A stretch of 64,000 nucleotides of DNA from an uncultured archaeon (GCA_964619365.1 CAZUDQ010000001.1:82929-146928); one strand, 5' to 3'; positions 9,075 to 19,508 are shown, counted from the first letter of the stretch. The notes: generated from the sequence alone by a model not told the origin. A program made the numbers and translations.

Positions 9075-10218
9075 TTTTAGAAAGCATGGCATCAAGACGC
9101 AAGAGCGCCTCGTTTATGGCATCAGTTGATGTCGCATAAGAACAGCGAACATGTCCTTCCCCACAAGGTCCAAAGACTGACCCTGGGACAGTTGCGACTT
9201 TTGCATCTCTTATCGCAGTCTCGACAAACTCTTCACTAGTCATGCCAGTTCCAGTTATGTTTGGGAAGGCATAAAATGCTCCTTTTGGCATATGGCAAGA
9301 GACTCCTGGAAGTGAATTGAGTCCATTTACAATAAGCTTGCGCCGTGTGTCATACACTTTTACCATCTCGGCTACCTTGTCTTCAGTATCAAATGCCGGA
9401 ATCATAGCATATTGAGAAACGGATGGCGCGCACATCATCATATACTGGTGGATTTTATATATCGCGTCAAAGACATCGCCTTCTGCCTGGATGTAACCAA
9501 CTCTCCAGCCTGTTGAGGCGTATGCTTTTGAGAAGCCATTTAGGGTTATTGTCCTTTCATGCATTTCTGGCATCCCGGCAATAGAATAATGCTTGCCCTC
9601 ATAAAGCAATCGCTCGTAAATCTCGTCTGAAATTACAGTAAAGTCATTTTTGATGGCAAGATCCGCAATATCTTCTAACGCCTTTTTTGAGTATACTGCG
9701 CCAGTTGGGTTATTGGGAGAGCAAAAAAGCATGGCTTTTGTCTTTTTTGTTATGACCTTTTCCATATCTTCTCGCTGTGGGACAAACCCGTTTTTTTCAT
9801 ATGTCGGGACATATACTGGCTTTGCTCCAGTAAGCATTATGAGGGGGGCATATGCTGTATAGGCAGGGTCTGGGATTAAGACCTCATCACCCTCGTCAAC
9901 AACTGCCCTTAGAGCTAAATCCAGGCCTTGGCTTGAGCCGCTTGTTATAAGTACGTTATCTGAACTTGCGCCTGAAATACCGTTTTCGAAGCTTAGTTTT
10001 TTTGCGATTTTTTCGCGCAATTCTTCCACTCCAAGGTTTGAAGTGTAATGAGTCTTGTTTGAATTTATAGCTTCAATTGCCGCCGCCTTGATGAGATCTG
10101 GTGTGTCAAAATCGGGCTCGCCAATACCTAAGGTCACAATATCCTTTTCCCGCACGGCAAGATCAAAGAATCTTCTAATTCCAGAGGGCGGGATTTCTCC
10201 GGCGCGTTTTGAAACCAT
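9067..10218 (-). CDS. PLP-dependent class I/II aminotransferase
   Basis: GEPDF, PNNPTG, SDEIY, GFSKAYASTGWRVG; start taken at MVSKRA. Confidence 0.92.
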   Translation of the reverse strand: MVSKRAGEIPPSGIRRFFDLAVREKDIVTLGIGEPDFDTPDLIKAAAIEAINSNKTHYTSNLGVEELREKIAKKLSFENGISGASSDNVLITSGSSQGLDLALRAVVDEGDEVLIPDPAYTAYAPLIMLTGAKPVYVPTYEKNGFVPQREDMEKVITKKTKAMLFCSPNNPTGAVYSKKALEDIADLAIKNDFTVISDEIYERLLYEGKHYSIAGMPEMHERTITLNGFSKAYASTGWRVGYIQAEGDVFDAIYKIHQYMMMCAPSVSQYAMIPAFDTEDKVAEMVKVYDTRRKLIVNGLNSLPGVSCHMPKGAFYAFPNITGTGMTSEEFVETAIRDAKVATVPGSVFGPCGEGHVRCSYATSTDAINEALLRLDAMLSKNA

Positions 10219-10289
10219 TTTGTAAGCTAAGCTAATTTTGGAGCTTGAGTAAAAAAAGGAAACCTGTTTCCCCATTTCTTAAGAAATGC

Positions 10290-12380
10290 TTACTTCTTTT
10301 GCTTTGACGGACAAGAGAAGTTTGTACAAATAGTCCAAGGCATCTTTTTGCCTTGCGTCCAAATATTTATCATTGGCCAAGAGCAAGTTTCACACTCTTT
10401 TTTAGCTGAAATTACTTTTCCTCTTTGTGGCAAAGGTTGAGTGTTTGTACATTTGGGATAGTTTGAGCAACCAAGAAAGCGCTTACCTGTCTTTGGATTT
10501 TTCCTGACAATTAGAACGCCTTCTTTACATATCGGGCAGGCGCCAACTGCTTCAGCCTCAGCCTTTTCGACTGCTGCCTGTCTACTCCCCCCAGCAAGTT
10601 TTGCGCCAATTTCCTTTTCCTCTTTTTTAAACTTCTTAAGTACTTTTGTTAGTATGTCTTTTGCCCTTTTTTCAACAGCCTCGCTTGTAGCTTTATTCTC
10701 GATGATGCCTTCCATCTCATCGTTTATTTTTGCAGTGAGTTCTGCGTCAAGAATCTCCGGACTGTGGACTTCAAGGGTCTCGACAGTCTTTATTCCAAGC
10801 GTCGTTGCCTCGATTGCTTTTCCTTGTATGTAATTACGTTTAAAGAGTGTGTCTACTATTGTCGCGCGTGTTGCTTTTGTACCTAGATTTTGTTTCTCAA
10901 GCTCTTTGATTATTGATGCCTCGGTAAAGCGCTTTGGGGGCTGAGTCATCTTCTTATCAAGATTTAGCTTCTTGATGTTGACTATGTCGCCCTCGTTTAT
11001 GTCTGGCAAGATAATCTCATCAAACTTTGCGTATTTGCCATAAAGCTCGTGCCAGTTGGGGGCAACTGTTCGTTTGCCTTCGGCCTTAAAGTCCTCGGTA
11101 TTTACGTCTATTATTATTTTAGCGCTTTCGCGAATCGCCCACTCGCCAAATGTCGCCATAAAACGCCTGACAATGAGATCATAAAGCTTCATTTCCTGAA
11201 CACCCATTCCTTTTGGCGCTTCTCCTGTCGGATATATCGCCGGGTGCGCAGGATCCTTTTTCTTGCCGTTATTTGGCTTGAGTGAAGCCTTACTTAAAAG
11301 TGTTTGGGCGGCAGAGGAATAATCATTTGTTGATTTTAACTTCTCAAGAATCTTTCTCCAGCCTATTGTCGGCGGGTACTCCTGAGAAGACGTTCTCGGG
11401 TATGAGATTATACCGTTTTCATAAAGAGTCTGGGCGAGTTCTAGTGTGTGCTTTGGGGGAATCCTGTGGAACCTGTGTGCCTCAAGCTGCAGGCTTGTTA
11501 AGTCAAATGGGTTGGGTGGCGGCTGTTTGTATTCTTTTTTCACAACCGATGTTACCTTGCCGGTCTTTTGGTCTTTGACCTTTGCATAGATTTCTTCTGC
11601 TGTTTCCTGTGCGCTATCTCCTTCGAATTTTTCTTTTGTATGGATTGCATCAAAGTCTGCGGGGGACTCATGGCCTCCATTCATGCGAGCCGAAATTACC
11701 CAGAATGGTTCTGGGATGAATTTTTTTATGTCGCGCTCACGGTCAACAACCAGCTTTAGTGCCGGACCCTGAACACGTCCTATGGAAAGCGTGCCATGTG
11801 CGTTTGCAGTGCGCATTGAAGAAGTCAGGGCACGAGATAAGTTTATGCCATAATACCAATCAAGCTTATGGCGAGTAATCCCGGCTTCAGTCTGGCCGAA
11901 ATCAAAATCCTCAATATTTTCATATGCCTTTTTTAAGTCTGGAAAAGTGACGGTTGAAAAATGCATCCTTTTGACGTTTCCCTTCTTTGGGTCAGCGTGG
12001 CATGCCATATTTATCAGGTTGTATCCTATTACAGAACCTTCGATATCGTAGTCGCACGCATTGACAAAGGTGTCAGCTTTTTTTGCAAGCTTTTCTATTG
12101 TCTTGACATAGCCTTTAGTGTAAGCTGAACCCTTTTGGACTTCGTAGGCTGGATCCCATTCTATATCAAAGACCGGATAGTTTGTGTTCCAGGACTTATT
12201 TCCTTTTTCTGCAAGAGAATAAACGTGACCGACAGCTGATGCGACAAGAACAAGCTCGCCATCATCATCAACTTCATAATATGAGCTTTGGCCTTCGCCT
12301 TTTTTCCTTTGAGCATTGCCTATAGCTCCTGCTATTTTTCCTGCAACACTAGGTTTTTCAGCGATGATTAAAGTTGTCAT
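10290..12380 (-). CDS. topA: DNA topoisomerase type IA
   Basis: TOPRIM AEKP and DYDIEG, GRVQ, catalytic ISYPRT, GTKATR, C-terminal zinc ribbons. Confidence 0.95.
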   Translation of the reverse strand: MTTLIIAEKPSVAGKIAGAIGNAQRKKGEGQSSYYEVDDDGELVLVASAVGHVYSLAEKGNKSWNTNYPVFDIEWDPAYEVQKGSAYTKGYVKTIEKLAKKADTFVNACDYDIEGSVIGYNLINMACHADPKKGNVKRMHFSTVTFPDLKKAYENIEDFDFGQTEAGITRHKLDWYYGINLSRALTSSMRTANAHGTLSIGRVQGPALKLVVDRERDIKKFIPEPFWVISARMNGGHESPADFDAIHTKEKFEGDSAQETAEEIYAKVKDQKTGKVTSVVKKEYKQPPPNPFDLTSLQLEAHRFHRIPPKHTLELAQTLYENGIISYPRTSSQEYPPTIGWRKILEKLKSTNDYSSAAQTLLSKASLKPNNGKKKDPAHPAIYPTGEAPKGMGVQEMKLYDLIVRRFMATFGEWAIRESAKIIIDVNTEDFKAEGKRTVAPNWHELYGKYAKFDEIILPDINEGDIVNIKKLNLDKKMTQPPKRFTEASIIKELEKQNLGTKATRATIVDTLFKRNYIQGKAIEATTLGIKTVETLEVHSPEILDAELTAKINDEMEGIIENKATSEAVEKRAKDILTKVLKKFKKEEKEIGAKLAGGSRQAAVEKAEAEAVGACPICKEGVLIVRKNPKTGKRFLGCSNYPKCTNTQPLPQRGKVISAKKECETCSWPMINIWTQGKKMPWTICTNFSCPSKQKK

Positions 12381-12421
12381 TTATGTATTTACTGGCCTTT
12401 TACCTCTGAGTTTTGGGGCTA

Positions 12422-13321
12422 CTAGTATAAAAAAGGGATTTTTGAACCATGATGGGTTATCTTGACGTCTCCTAAGTCTACTGAGTTCCCCTTTCGCAGG
12501 GTTGCAATACCCTCTAAATTTTTGCCAATTAAACGGATTCCATCATAACTTGCTCCAGACATGACGGCAACGCCATTATCCGAGAGCCTTGAACGGATGT
12601 CTGAAATCATCTCTGAACCTAAATTGAGCCCCAATGAAGGCACAACCATGACATCTGGAGCTACTTTTGACTTTAACTTGTGTGGCTCGAACATGAAACT
12701 TGATATGTCCCGGCAAACTCTCATCTCGACATTTTGTTCACCAAGCTTTGTTGAGGGGAACTGTTTTTGTCTATTTGCAAGAGCTATTACTCGTTTAAAT
12801 GCCAAAGGATAATCTTTTTCATGCAAAAGATTTAGATAGTCGTTATCCATTTTAGTTAAGTGATAACGAATAAATTTTCCTTTTTGGCTTGGATGTTCTA
12901 CTAAAATCCCACGATGGGGCGCTTCATTGGGGTCAGTGATTTGGTGAGAGGCTTTTGAATATGCGTGATATCCCGGCTCGCCTTCGTGTGGATGAATCAA
13001 ATACCCAGTATTTACAATACGTTTTGGCAAATCGTGGCCACCATTCACCCAAAATCTATTGATTTCCGGAATGGAATATGCAATCGCGGCATTTTTCTCT
13101 AGGGCAAGAGCCCGAAGATCTCTTGCGAGTTTTTTGCCTCGGCTTCGCTGCACGGCCATATCAAGATTTTCAAAACCTTCTGCCATCAAAACGACCCTGG
13201 GGACTTTGGATTTCCCTTTCAACAACTTTTTGGCAGTCTTATAAACCTCACTTGTGTTGCTGGGGCGCTCTGTTGTGGCGATTATGTGCAACTTGTGTTT
13301 AGGAGTGGGCTTTTTTCTCAT
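12422..13321 (-). CDS. Divergent carbon-nitrogen hydrolase (nitrilase superfamily)-like protein
   Basis: LMAEGF (E), AYSIPE, VNTGYLI..YSK (K), RVCRD (C), DVMVVPS occur in nitrilase order. Confidence 0.55.
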   Translation of the reverse strand: MRKKPTPKHKLHIIATTERPSNTSEVYKTAKKLLKGKSKVPRVVLMAEGFENLDMAVQRSRGKKLARDLRALALEKNAAIAYSIPEINRFWVNGGHDLPKRIVNTGYLIHPHEGEPGYHAYSKASHQITDPNEAPHRGILVEHPSQKGKFIRYHLTKMDNDYLNLLHEKDYPLAFKRVIALANRQKQFPSTKLGEQNVEMRVCRDISSFMFEPHKLKSKVAPDVMVVPSLGLNLGSEMISDIRSRLSDNGVAVMSGASYDGIRLIGKNLEGIATLRKGNSVDLGDVKITHHGSKIPFLY

Positions 13322-13365
13322 TCTTTTAAGTAAGTTTCCTGTCAAAAGAAGAAAAAGAGTATACT

Positions 13366-13935
13366 ATGCAAAGCAAATTTGATATGCAACGAAAAAAGGC
13401 TCTGTTGCAACTTGATGAAGCTAGAGCTCGCGGGGAGGCAGACGAGAAAATAGGGGAACTTGTCGATGCTATAAACTCTTCAGAGTCTATGTACACCACT
13501 TCATCCTGTTCTGGAAGAATCACTGTTTTAGAAACACCTGCCTGTCATGAAAAAATACTCGCCCATTGGCTTGGCAAATGGCACGATAAAGTCACGGCTA
13601 AGGATATCTTAGATGCTTTATCTAAGCACAAAAAGAATGTTGCATACTTACAAAGCGAATGCCCTATTATACATATTGCATGCAAGGATGTTGTGACTGC
13701 TGACTCTCTTGTCCTTGCCGGGCGCGAGTCTGGGTTTAAGCGCGGTGGGATACTCTCCGTACGGCCAGAACGCGTAATGGTAGAACTCTGCTCGACTGAA
13801 AACTTAGAAGTCCCTATTGGAAAAGACGGCAAGAGCCTGGTAAGTGAAGATTACACCCATCTACTTACAGATATTGCAAACATCAAACTTGTTGCCGGCT
13901 GGGAAAAGATTGAAAATCTAAAGGCACGCCTTTAA
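13366..13935 (+). CDS. taw3: tRNA wyosine methyltransferase Taw3/TYW3
   Basis: YTTSSCSGRI, KWH, PIIH, GFKRGG motifs. Confidence 0.92.
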   Translation: MQSKFDMQRKKALLQLDEARARGEADEKIGELVDAINSSESMYTTSSCSGRITVLETPACHEKILAHWLGKWHDKVTAKDILDALSKHKKNVAYLQSECPIIHIACKDVVTADSLVLAGRESGFKRGGILSVRPERVMVELCSTENLEVPIGKDGKSLVSEDYTHLLTDIANIKLVAGWEKIENLKARL

Positions 13936-14012
13936 ATTAGAAGACCTGGACTTTGATATATCTAGACAAAATACTTAGATAAGTCACACTTTTGTTAAAG
14001 GAATGACTTGGA

Positions 14013-14936
14013 ATGGAACAAAAAAATCTTAGGGAACCCGACTATTCAAAAGATCAAGACTGGTCAGTAAAGACTAAGGACTTAAAACATAAAGTAGATA
14101 CGTTTTTCATCCACCCGACAACTTACTCGATAGGTAAAACAAAGGATTACATCGCAGACCTTGATAACGAAAAGTTAAATGAGGAAACTGATTCCAGGAC
14201 CGTTAATCGGATGCTTGGGGTCTATAACAAGAGCACAAATGTATTTGCGCCCAGATATCGCCAGGTCGGAATCGAAGTTATGGGGATGCCAGAAGAGGAA
14301 AACAAGAAATATTTTGCAACCCCGGTTAAGGACCTTGAAAAGGCGCTTAAGTATTACCTTGAAAATATCAATGACGGCCGGCCATTTATCCTTGCAAGCC
14401 ACAGTCAGGGCTCTGATGCCTTAAGTGCAGTACTGTTAAATAATCCAGACATCATCAAAAATTATAAAGATAAGCTCGTCGCAGTTTATTCTCCTGGTTG
14501 GACCTTTACAAAAGAGGATTTAAAGAAACTCGGGCTTAAACTGGCTGAGTCGGCTACAGAAACCGGCAATGTCATAATACCCTGGAATACTGTTGGACCT
14601 GGCGGGAAATCGCCGACACTTAATCCCGGCGCCACATGCGTGAATCTTCTTTCCTGGACAACAGACCATAAAGAATATCCTGCAAGCATGCATAAGGGCG
14701 CAAAGATACTATTTAATGATGATAAAGAAGAGGTGATAGACCACTTCACATCAGCAAAGATAAACGATGCAGGCGGACTTGAGATACCTTCGCCAAAAAA
14801 GGAGATATATGGCAGGCTAAGGGTAGTGCTTGGCGACCAGTGCTACCATCGCTACGACTATGATTTCTTCTTCTTTAATCTGGTTGATAACGTTGCGGAG
14901 AGATGTGAAAGCTATCTTAGCAAACATCCGGCCTGA
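14013..14936 (+). CDS. DUF3089-type alpha/beta hydrolase
   Basis: VDTFFIHPTTY, FAPRYRQ, GRPFILASHSQG nucleophile elbow, YHRYDY. Confidence 0.85.
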   Translation: MEQKNLREPDYSKDQDWSVKTKDLKHKVDTFFIHPTTYSIGKTKDYIADLDNEKLNEETDSRTVNRMLGVYNKSTNVFAPRYRQVGIEVMGMPEEENKKYFATPVKDLEKALKYYLENINDGRPFILASHSQGSDALSAVLLNNPDIIKNYKDKLVAVYSPGWTFTKEDLKKLGLKLAESATETGNVIIPWNTVGPGGKSPTLNPGATCVNLLSWTTDHKEYPASMHKGAKILFNDDKEEVIDHFTSAKINDAGGLEIPSPKKEIYGRLRVVLGDQCYHRYDYDFFFFNLVDNVAERCESYLSKHPA

Positions 14937-15057
14937 TTTCTATTAGTGAATGGTGTGTGTATTAATGACCACTGAGGTGGATGGAAAGCATAAAAAGCAT
15001 TTATAGTTTTAAGTTCTAAATAATGATGTAACTATTATTTTATTAAATAGTGCAAGG

Positions 15058-15879
15058 GTGGTTAATTTGGCATTTGATATCTTAGGGGACATTGCAATAG
15101 TTGAAGATTGTGTAGGTGCAAAGGACATTCTTGCAAAGCACAACAACATTAATGTTGTCCTTATGAAAAAAAGCGAGGTTGAGGGTACTTATCGCATAAG
15201 GGATTATGAGATTCTCAAAACGCGCGAAGGGGAAAGAGACTTCTCAGACGTCCCAGCGCTCCTTAGACCTAAGAAGCTGACAAAGACTGTACACAAAGAA
15301 AACGGCTGCCGTTTACTTGTTGACCCGACTGAAGCCTATTTCTCAACAAGACTTTCAACCGAAAGAGACCGTATAAGCAAACTTGTTAAAGATGGGGAAA
15401 GCGTACTTGTCATGTTTGCAGGTGTCGGCCCATATCCAATTAATATAGCTAAAAACACCAAGGCTGGAACCATCCTTGGTGTGGAACTAAACCCTAATGC
15501 AGTTCTTCTTTTTGAAGATAATATCGAACTAAACAAGCTCAGAGGACAGGTTAAGGCTTATGAAGGCGATGTAAGGGATATCGTGCCAAAGCTTGAGGGG
15601 ACGTTTGACAGGATTATCATGCCACTTCCAAAAGATGCTGAAACCTTTCTTTATCTTGCCAAAAAGAAAATCAGGAGTGGGGGGACTATCCATCTTTATA
15701 AGATTTGTCATGAAAACGATCTTCCTGAATTTTTAAAGGATGTAAAAAAGACGATTCCCAGGTCTGATATCACGGTCATAAAAGCAGGAGAATACGCACC
15801 CGGAGCCTTTAGATACTGCCTTGATATAACAACCGATGCCCGCGCACCGCGAAAGAAAACAGACCCGTTTAAGGACTAA
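15058..15879 (+). CDS. Trm5/Taw2 (Met-10+) family SAM-dependent tRNA modification enzyme
   Basis: FDILGDIAIV, HKENG, YFSTRLSTER, MFAGVGPY, DRIIMPLP. Confidence 0.88.
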   Translation: MVNLAFDILGDIAIVEDCVGAKDILAKHNNINVVLMKKSEVEGTYRIRDYEILKTREGERDFSDVPALLRPKKLTKTVHKENGCRLLVDPTEAYFSTRLSTERDRISKLVKDGESVLVMFAGVGPYPINIAKNTKAGTILGVELNPNAVLLFEDNIELNKLRGQVKAYEGDVRDIVPKLEGTFDRIIMPLPKDAETFLYLAKKKIRSGGTIHLYKICHENDLPEFLKDVKKTIPRSDITVIKAGEYAPGAFRYCLDITTDARAPRKKTDPFKD

Positions 15880-15916
15880 ACAGGTTTTTTACCCACAAAT
15901 ATAAAATTAGAGAAAA

Positions 15917-16534
15917 ATGGCTAGGGCACAAAAGCGCAAGGTTAGGACTGTTGAAAAACAAAAAGACTCATCCAAAGGAAATAAAGATTTGTGGTTAAAG
16001 GTTGGGATGCTAATTTTGGTCGTTCTCCTTGTGAGTGGTTGGGGTTTTGCCTCTTTTTGGGGTATGGGCCAGCAGGAAAAGGCATATGAAAACGCTGAGG
16101 AGAAAGAAAAGGCCCTTCAGGAAGCTGCGCGCTCTTTTGGAATAGGTAATTTCAGCGGAGAATCTGAAGCAATTCCTGAAAAAGAAACAGGATATTACGC
16201 AATATATGGCCAGCTTAGCGCCCCGCAAGATACAGCTACTCGCCTTAAAGGTGATTTGTATCTTCTAGACGGCGGCATAACTCAGCTAATAATAGTAGAT
16301 TCCTCTCCTGAAAAAGGGAATTCCAACCTCGGAGAGTATATTGTTTATAGTATAAAGGAATGTGGGGATTTTGATTGTCTTGTAAAAGATAATACCAGCA
16401 CAAATGCGATATTCGACCTCTACGAACTTGACTTAGCGTCAAATAAGCTCTCGGCAAATACCATTGGAATCTTCCGTGAAGCTATTATACCCGAGGAGCC
16501 AGTTAACGGCAATAACACAAACATGAGTGCTTAA
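15917..16534 (+). CDS. Membrane-anchored hypothetical protein
   Basis: Basic N-terminus, one TM segment, acidic soluble domain. Confidence 0.7.
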   Translation: MARAQKRKVRTVEKQKDSSKGNKDLWLKVGMLILVVLLVSGWGFASFWGMGQQEKAYENAEEKEKALQEAARSFGIGNFSGESEAIPEKETGYYAIYGQLSAPQDTATRLKGDLYLLDGGITQLIIVDSSPEKGNSNLGEYIVYSIKECGDFDCLVKDNTSTNAIFDLYELDLASNKLSANTIGIFREAIIPEEPVNGNNTNMSA

Positions 16535-16541
16535 AAAACCA

Positions 16542-17543
16542 ATGGATAAAGAATTAATCCTGAGGAATACTCTAGAAGTCATTGAACCTGGTGAACTTGA
16601 TGAACTCATCAAGTCAGGCAAGGCAAAGGCGTATTGCGGCTATGAGACAAGTGGCGCAGTTCATATCGGGACTATGGTTACTGTCCAAAAGCTAATTGAA
16701 TTCCAAGAAGCCGGGCTTGAGATATGCGTTCTTTTTGCTGACCTTCACACTCTAATGAACAGAAAAGGCGACCCGGAATGGGTAGCTCGGATGTGTGAGT
16801 ATTGGAAACATTCATTTATCGCCTTGGGGCTTGACCCAAAAAAGACCCAATTCATCAAGGGAAGCGAGTTTCAGCTGAAGCCAGAATATTTTAAGGATAT
16901 TCTTGATATGGCAACAGGAATTACAGTAAACCGGGCAACACGCGCAATGCAGCAAGTAGCGCGCGACCTTGAGAACGCGCACGTCTCCCAGATAATGTAC
17001 CCGATTCTTCAGGCGGCAGACATAAAGCATCTGGGCGCAGATATCTGCTATGGGGGTATCGAACAGCGAAAGATTCATATGCTTGCACGCGAGGAGCTTG
17101 AAAAGATAGGCTACAAAAAGCCTGTCTGCATCCATACTCCACTCATTGTTTCATTAGGCGGTCCAGAGTCAAAGATGAGTTCATCCATGCCAGAATCAAT
17201 AATCTCTGTGCATGATGACCCAGAATCAATCAAAAAGAAGATAACAAAGGCGTATTGTCCAGCAGGAAGCGCGGAGAATAATCCTATACTTGACGTCTTT
17301 AAGTTTTTCATATTTCCACGCTTTGGAAAGGTCCTAATAGAGCGCCCGGAGAAATTTGGCGGGAACCTTGAATTCACTTCATATGAAGAATTAGAAAAGG
17401 CATTCCTAAAAGGCCTTCACCCAATGGATGTTAAAAACACTTGCGCCACGGGATTAATAGAATATCTCGCCCCGGTGCGTGAGTATTTCTCCACAAGAAC
17501 TGAGCTCTTGGCTCCACTTGAAGAAAAGTACGGGAAGAATTAG
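16542..17543 (+). CDS. tyrS: Tyrosyl-tRNA synthetase (archaeal type)
   Basis: AYCGYETSG.VHIG (HIGH-like), YPILQAAD, GGIEQRKIHMLARE, KMSSS. Confidence 0.95.
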   Translation: MDKELILRNTLEVIEPGELDELIKSGKAKAYCGYETSGAVHIGTMVTVQKLIEFQEAGLEICVLFADLHTLMNRKGDPEWVARMCEYWKHSFIALGLDPKKTQFIKGSEFQLKPEYFKDILDMATGITVNRATRAMQQVARDLENAHVSQIMYPILQAADIKHLGADICYGGIEQRKIHMLAREELEKIGYKKPVCIHTPLIVSLGGPESKMSSSMPESIISVHDDPESIKKKITKAYCPAGSAENNPILDVFKFFIFPRFGKVLIERPEKFGGNLEFTSYEELEKAFLKGLHPMDVKNTCATGLIEYLAPVREYFSTRTELLAPLEEKYGKN

Positions 17544-18448
17544 TTTTTGCACACTTCACCCAAGCAGACGCCTTTAAAGTTGCATCTTTTGCAATGGGAG
17601 GCTTCGTTTTTAGGAAAATCTTCAATCCTTGCAATATTTTTCTTTTCATCAAAAAGAGAGGATTTCATAGCAGTTATACTTTCTTTTAATTTGTCTTCTG
17701 CGGCTTTGATGTCTTCTTCTGTTATCTTGGCTTCAAAAGATTTTCCAGTCAAAAGGTTCTTTTCAGTTGCAATAATCGGGGCTTTAGCATGCCATTTTTT
17801 CTGCGCATAACTTGCATATAGCGGCAACTGTATATTGTCTTCTTCTATCTCGCTTCGTCCCGTCTTCCAGTCATAGACATGAACTGAGTCTCCCACCCAG
17901 TGGGCAAAATCCATCTTTATGAATACTTGCGTCCCATCAAAATCAAAGGATTGTAGTTCCTCGATTGGGAGCCACGCGTCCTTATCGCTTTCCCGGAGCG
18001 AGTCTAAAGTCTTTGAGCGAAGGAAATTCTTTATTGCAATCTCCCCGCGGATGGCAAAAGGTTCCATGTCAAAATTTGGAACGCGGTAATATTCTTCAAA
18101 AAGCGCGGGGTGCTTGCTTGGTCGAATCTTATATGCACCGGATTCGGAGTCAGAAATCACACGATTTATCGTGCCTTTGTATGTTGCAAGCATTGATGAA
18201 ATAGGACGCTCCCTTCCGCTTTTTAGTTCTTTTAGAAAGCCTTCTACGCTTCGGTGTACGGCGTCTCCAATTAACATTGGGGCGCTAAGGAGCTTCTTTT
18301 GTATGAAAGTCTCGCGAAGAGCCCTGTCGCAGTTTGGCCCCCACCCACCCCACGAACCGTAATAGTTATAATAGTATTTCCGGGGGCATTCCTTAAACAT
18401 CTTGTGCCTGCTTGCACTCCATGAGAACTCGTTTTTTAAGGCCTGCAT
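17540..18448 (-). CDS. PD-(D/E)XK nuclease of the RecB/AddB/Cas4-like type with a probable Fe-S site
   Basis: CPRKYY, G.AVH, KMDF...YDWKTG, QLPLY, C-terminal CKRCNFKGVC. Confidence 0.85.
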   Translation of the reverse strand: MQALKNEFSWSASRHKMFKECPRKYYYNYYGSWGGWGPNCDRALRETFIQKKLLSAPMLIGDAVHRSVEGFLKELKSGRERPISSMLATYKGTINRVISDSESGAYKIRPSKHPALFEEYYRVPNFDMEPFAIRGEIAIKNFLRSKTLDSLRESDKDAWLPIEELQSFDFDGTQVFIKMDFAHWVGDSVHVYDWKTGRSEIEEDNIQLPLYASYAQKKWHAKAPIIATEKNLLTGKSFEAKITEEDIKAAEDKLKESITAMKSSLFDEKKNIARIEDFPKNEASHCKRCNFKGVCLGEVCKN

Positions 18449-18488
18449 CTTTGTTTAAATTGAAGAACGGAGAAAATAAGCATGTAGA

Positions 18489-19445
18489 ATGGCGACGTAT
18501 AAAGAGGCAGGGGTAGATATCGAGGCTGAGGACCTTGCAATAAAGGGTATTTTAAGCACTCTTAAGACTGACCTTTCCGGGCATTTTGCAGGAATAATCG
18601 AATTTGGTGATAATTATCTTTCCATGTGTACTGACGGTGTTGGAAGCAAGATAATCGTGGCCGAAAGCCTTAAGAAATTCGACACTGTTGGAATAGACAT
18701 GGTTGCAATGAATGTCAATGATGTCATCTGCATAGGTGCAAAGCCTATTGCTCTTGTTGATTACTTAGCAGTTGAAAGAGTCGAGCCGGCTCAAGTCAAA
18801 GAGATAATGAAAGGTGTTGCAGAAGGCGCGCGACAATCAGGCTGTCCCGTGATTTCAGGTGAAACAGCAACTCTTCCTGAAGTCATAAATGGTTTTGACC
18901 TCGCAGGAACAGCTCTTGGCGTTGTTAAGAAAACTGATATTATTACAGGCGAGAAGATAAGGGAAGGGGACGTTATAATAGGGATAGAATCATCAGGAAT
19001 ACATTCAAACGGACTAACCCTTGCAAGAAAATCTCTTGACATAAAAAAATGGGGAAAAGAACTTCTAGTCCCAACAAAGATCTATGTAAAAGAAGTCCTA
19101 AATGCGCTTGATAAGAACCGTAAGGATATCCACGGGCTTTCACATATTACGGGAGGGGGCTTAAGGAAACTTGGGCGCATCATACCAAATGGTCTTGCCG
19201 CTGAAATAACTGAGCCCCTGCCAGTTAAGGACATCTTTAAGGCCATTCAGGGTGAAGGTAGTATTGATGACTGGGAGATGCACCGCACGTTTAACATGGG
19301 TATGGGCTTTGCAATAATTGCAAAGGCGGATTCAGAAGAAAAAATCATTGCATCACTTGATTCTAAGGCAAAAGTCGTCGGACATATAAGGAATGCAACG
19401 GGTGACGAAAAAAGCGTCCATGTGCCGCTTAACCTGACTTATTAA
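18489..19445 (+). CDS. purM: Phosphoribosylformylglycinamidine cyclo-ligase
   Basis: YKEAGVD, TDGVGSK, GETA, SSGIHSNG, HITGGG, TFNMGMG. Confidence 0.95.
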   Translation: MATYKEAGVDIEAEDLAIKGILSTLKTDLSGHFAGIIEFGDNYLSMCTDGVGSKIIVAESLKKFDTVGIDMVAMNVNDVICIGAKPIALVDYLAVERVEPAQVKEIMKGVAEGARQSGCPVISGETATLPEVINGFDLAGTALGVVKKTDIITGEKIREGDVIIGIESSGIHSNGLTLARKSLDIKKWGKELLVPTKIYVKEVLNALDKNRKDIHGLSHITGGGLRKLGRIIPNGLAAEITEPLPVKDIFKAIQGEGSIDDWEMHRTFNMGMGFAIIAKADSEEKIIASLDSKAKVVGHIRNATGDEKSVHVPLNLTY

Positions 19446-19508
19446 TCATCCAAATGCCCTAGATAGACCCGACAGAGAATGGAAATCAAACGATAAGCTT
19501 ATCTAAAA

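Noticed and set aside
14970-14982. ccactgaggtgg mini-palindrome after the DUF3089 gene
   Set aside because: A 4-bp stem is expected by chance
17540-18448. CRISPR-Cas locus suggested by the Cas4-like nuclease
   Set aside because: No repeat-spacer array and no cas1, cas2 or effector genes were seen
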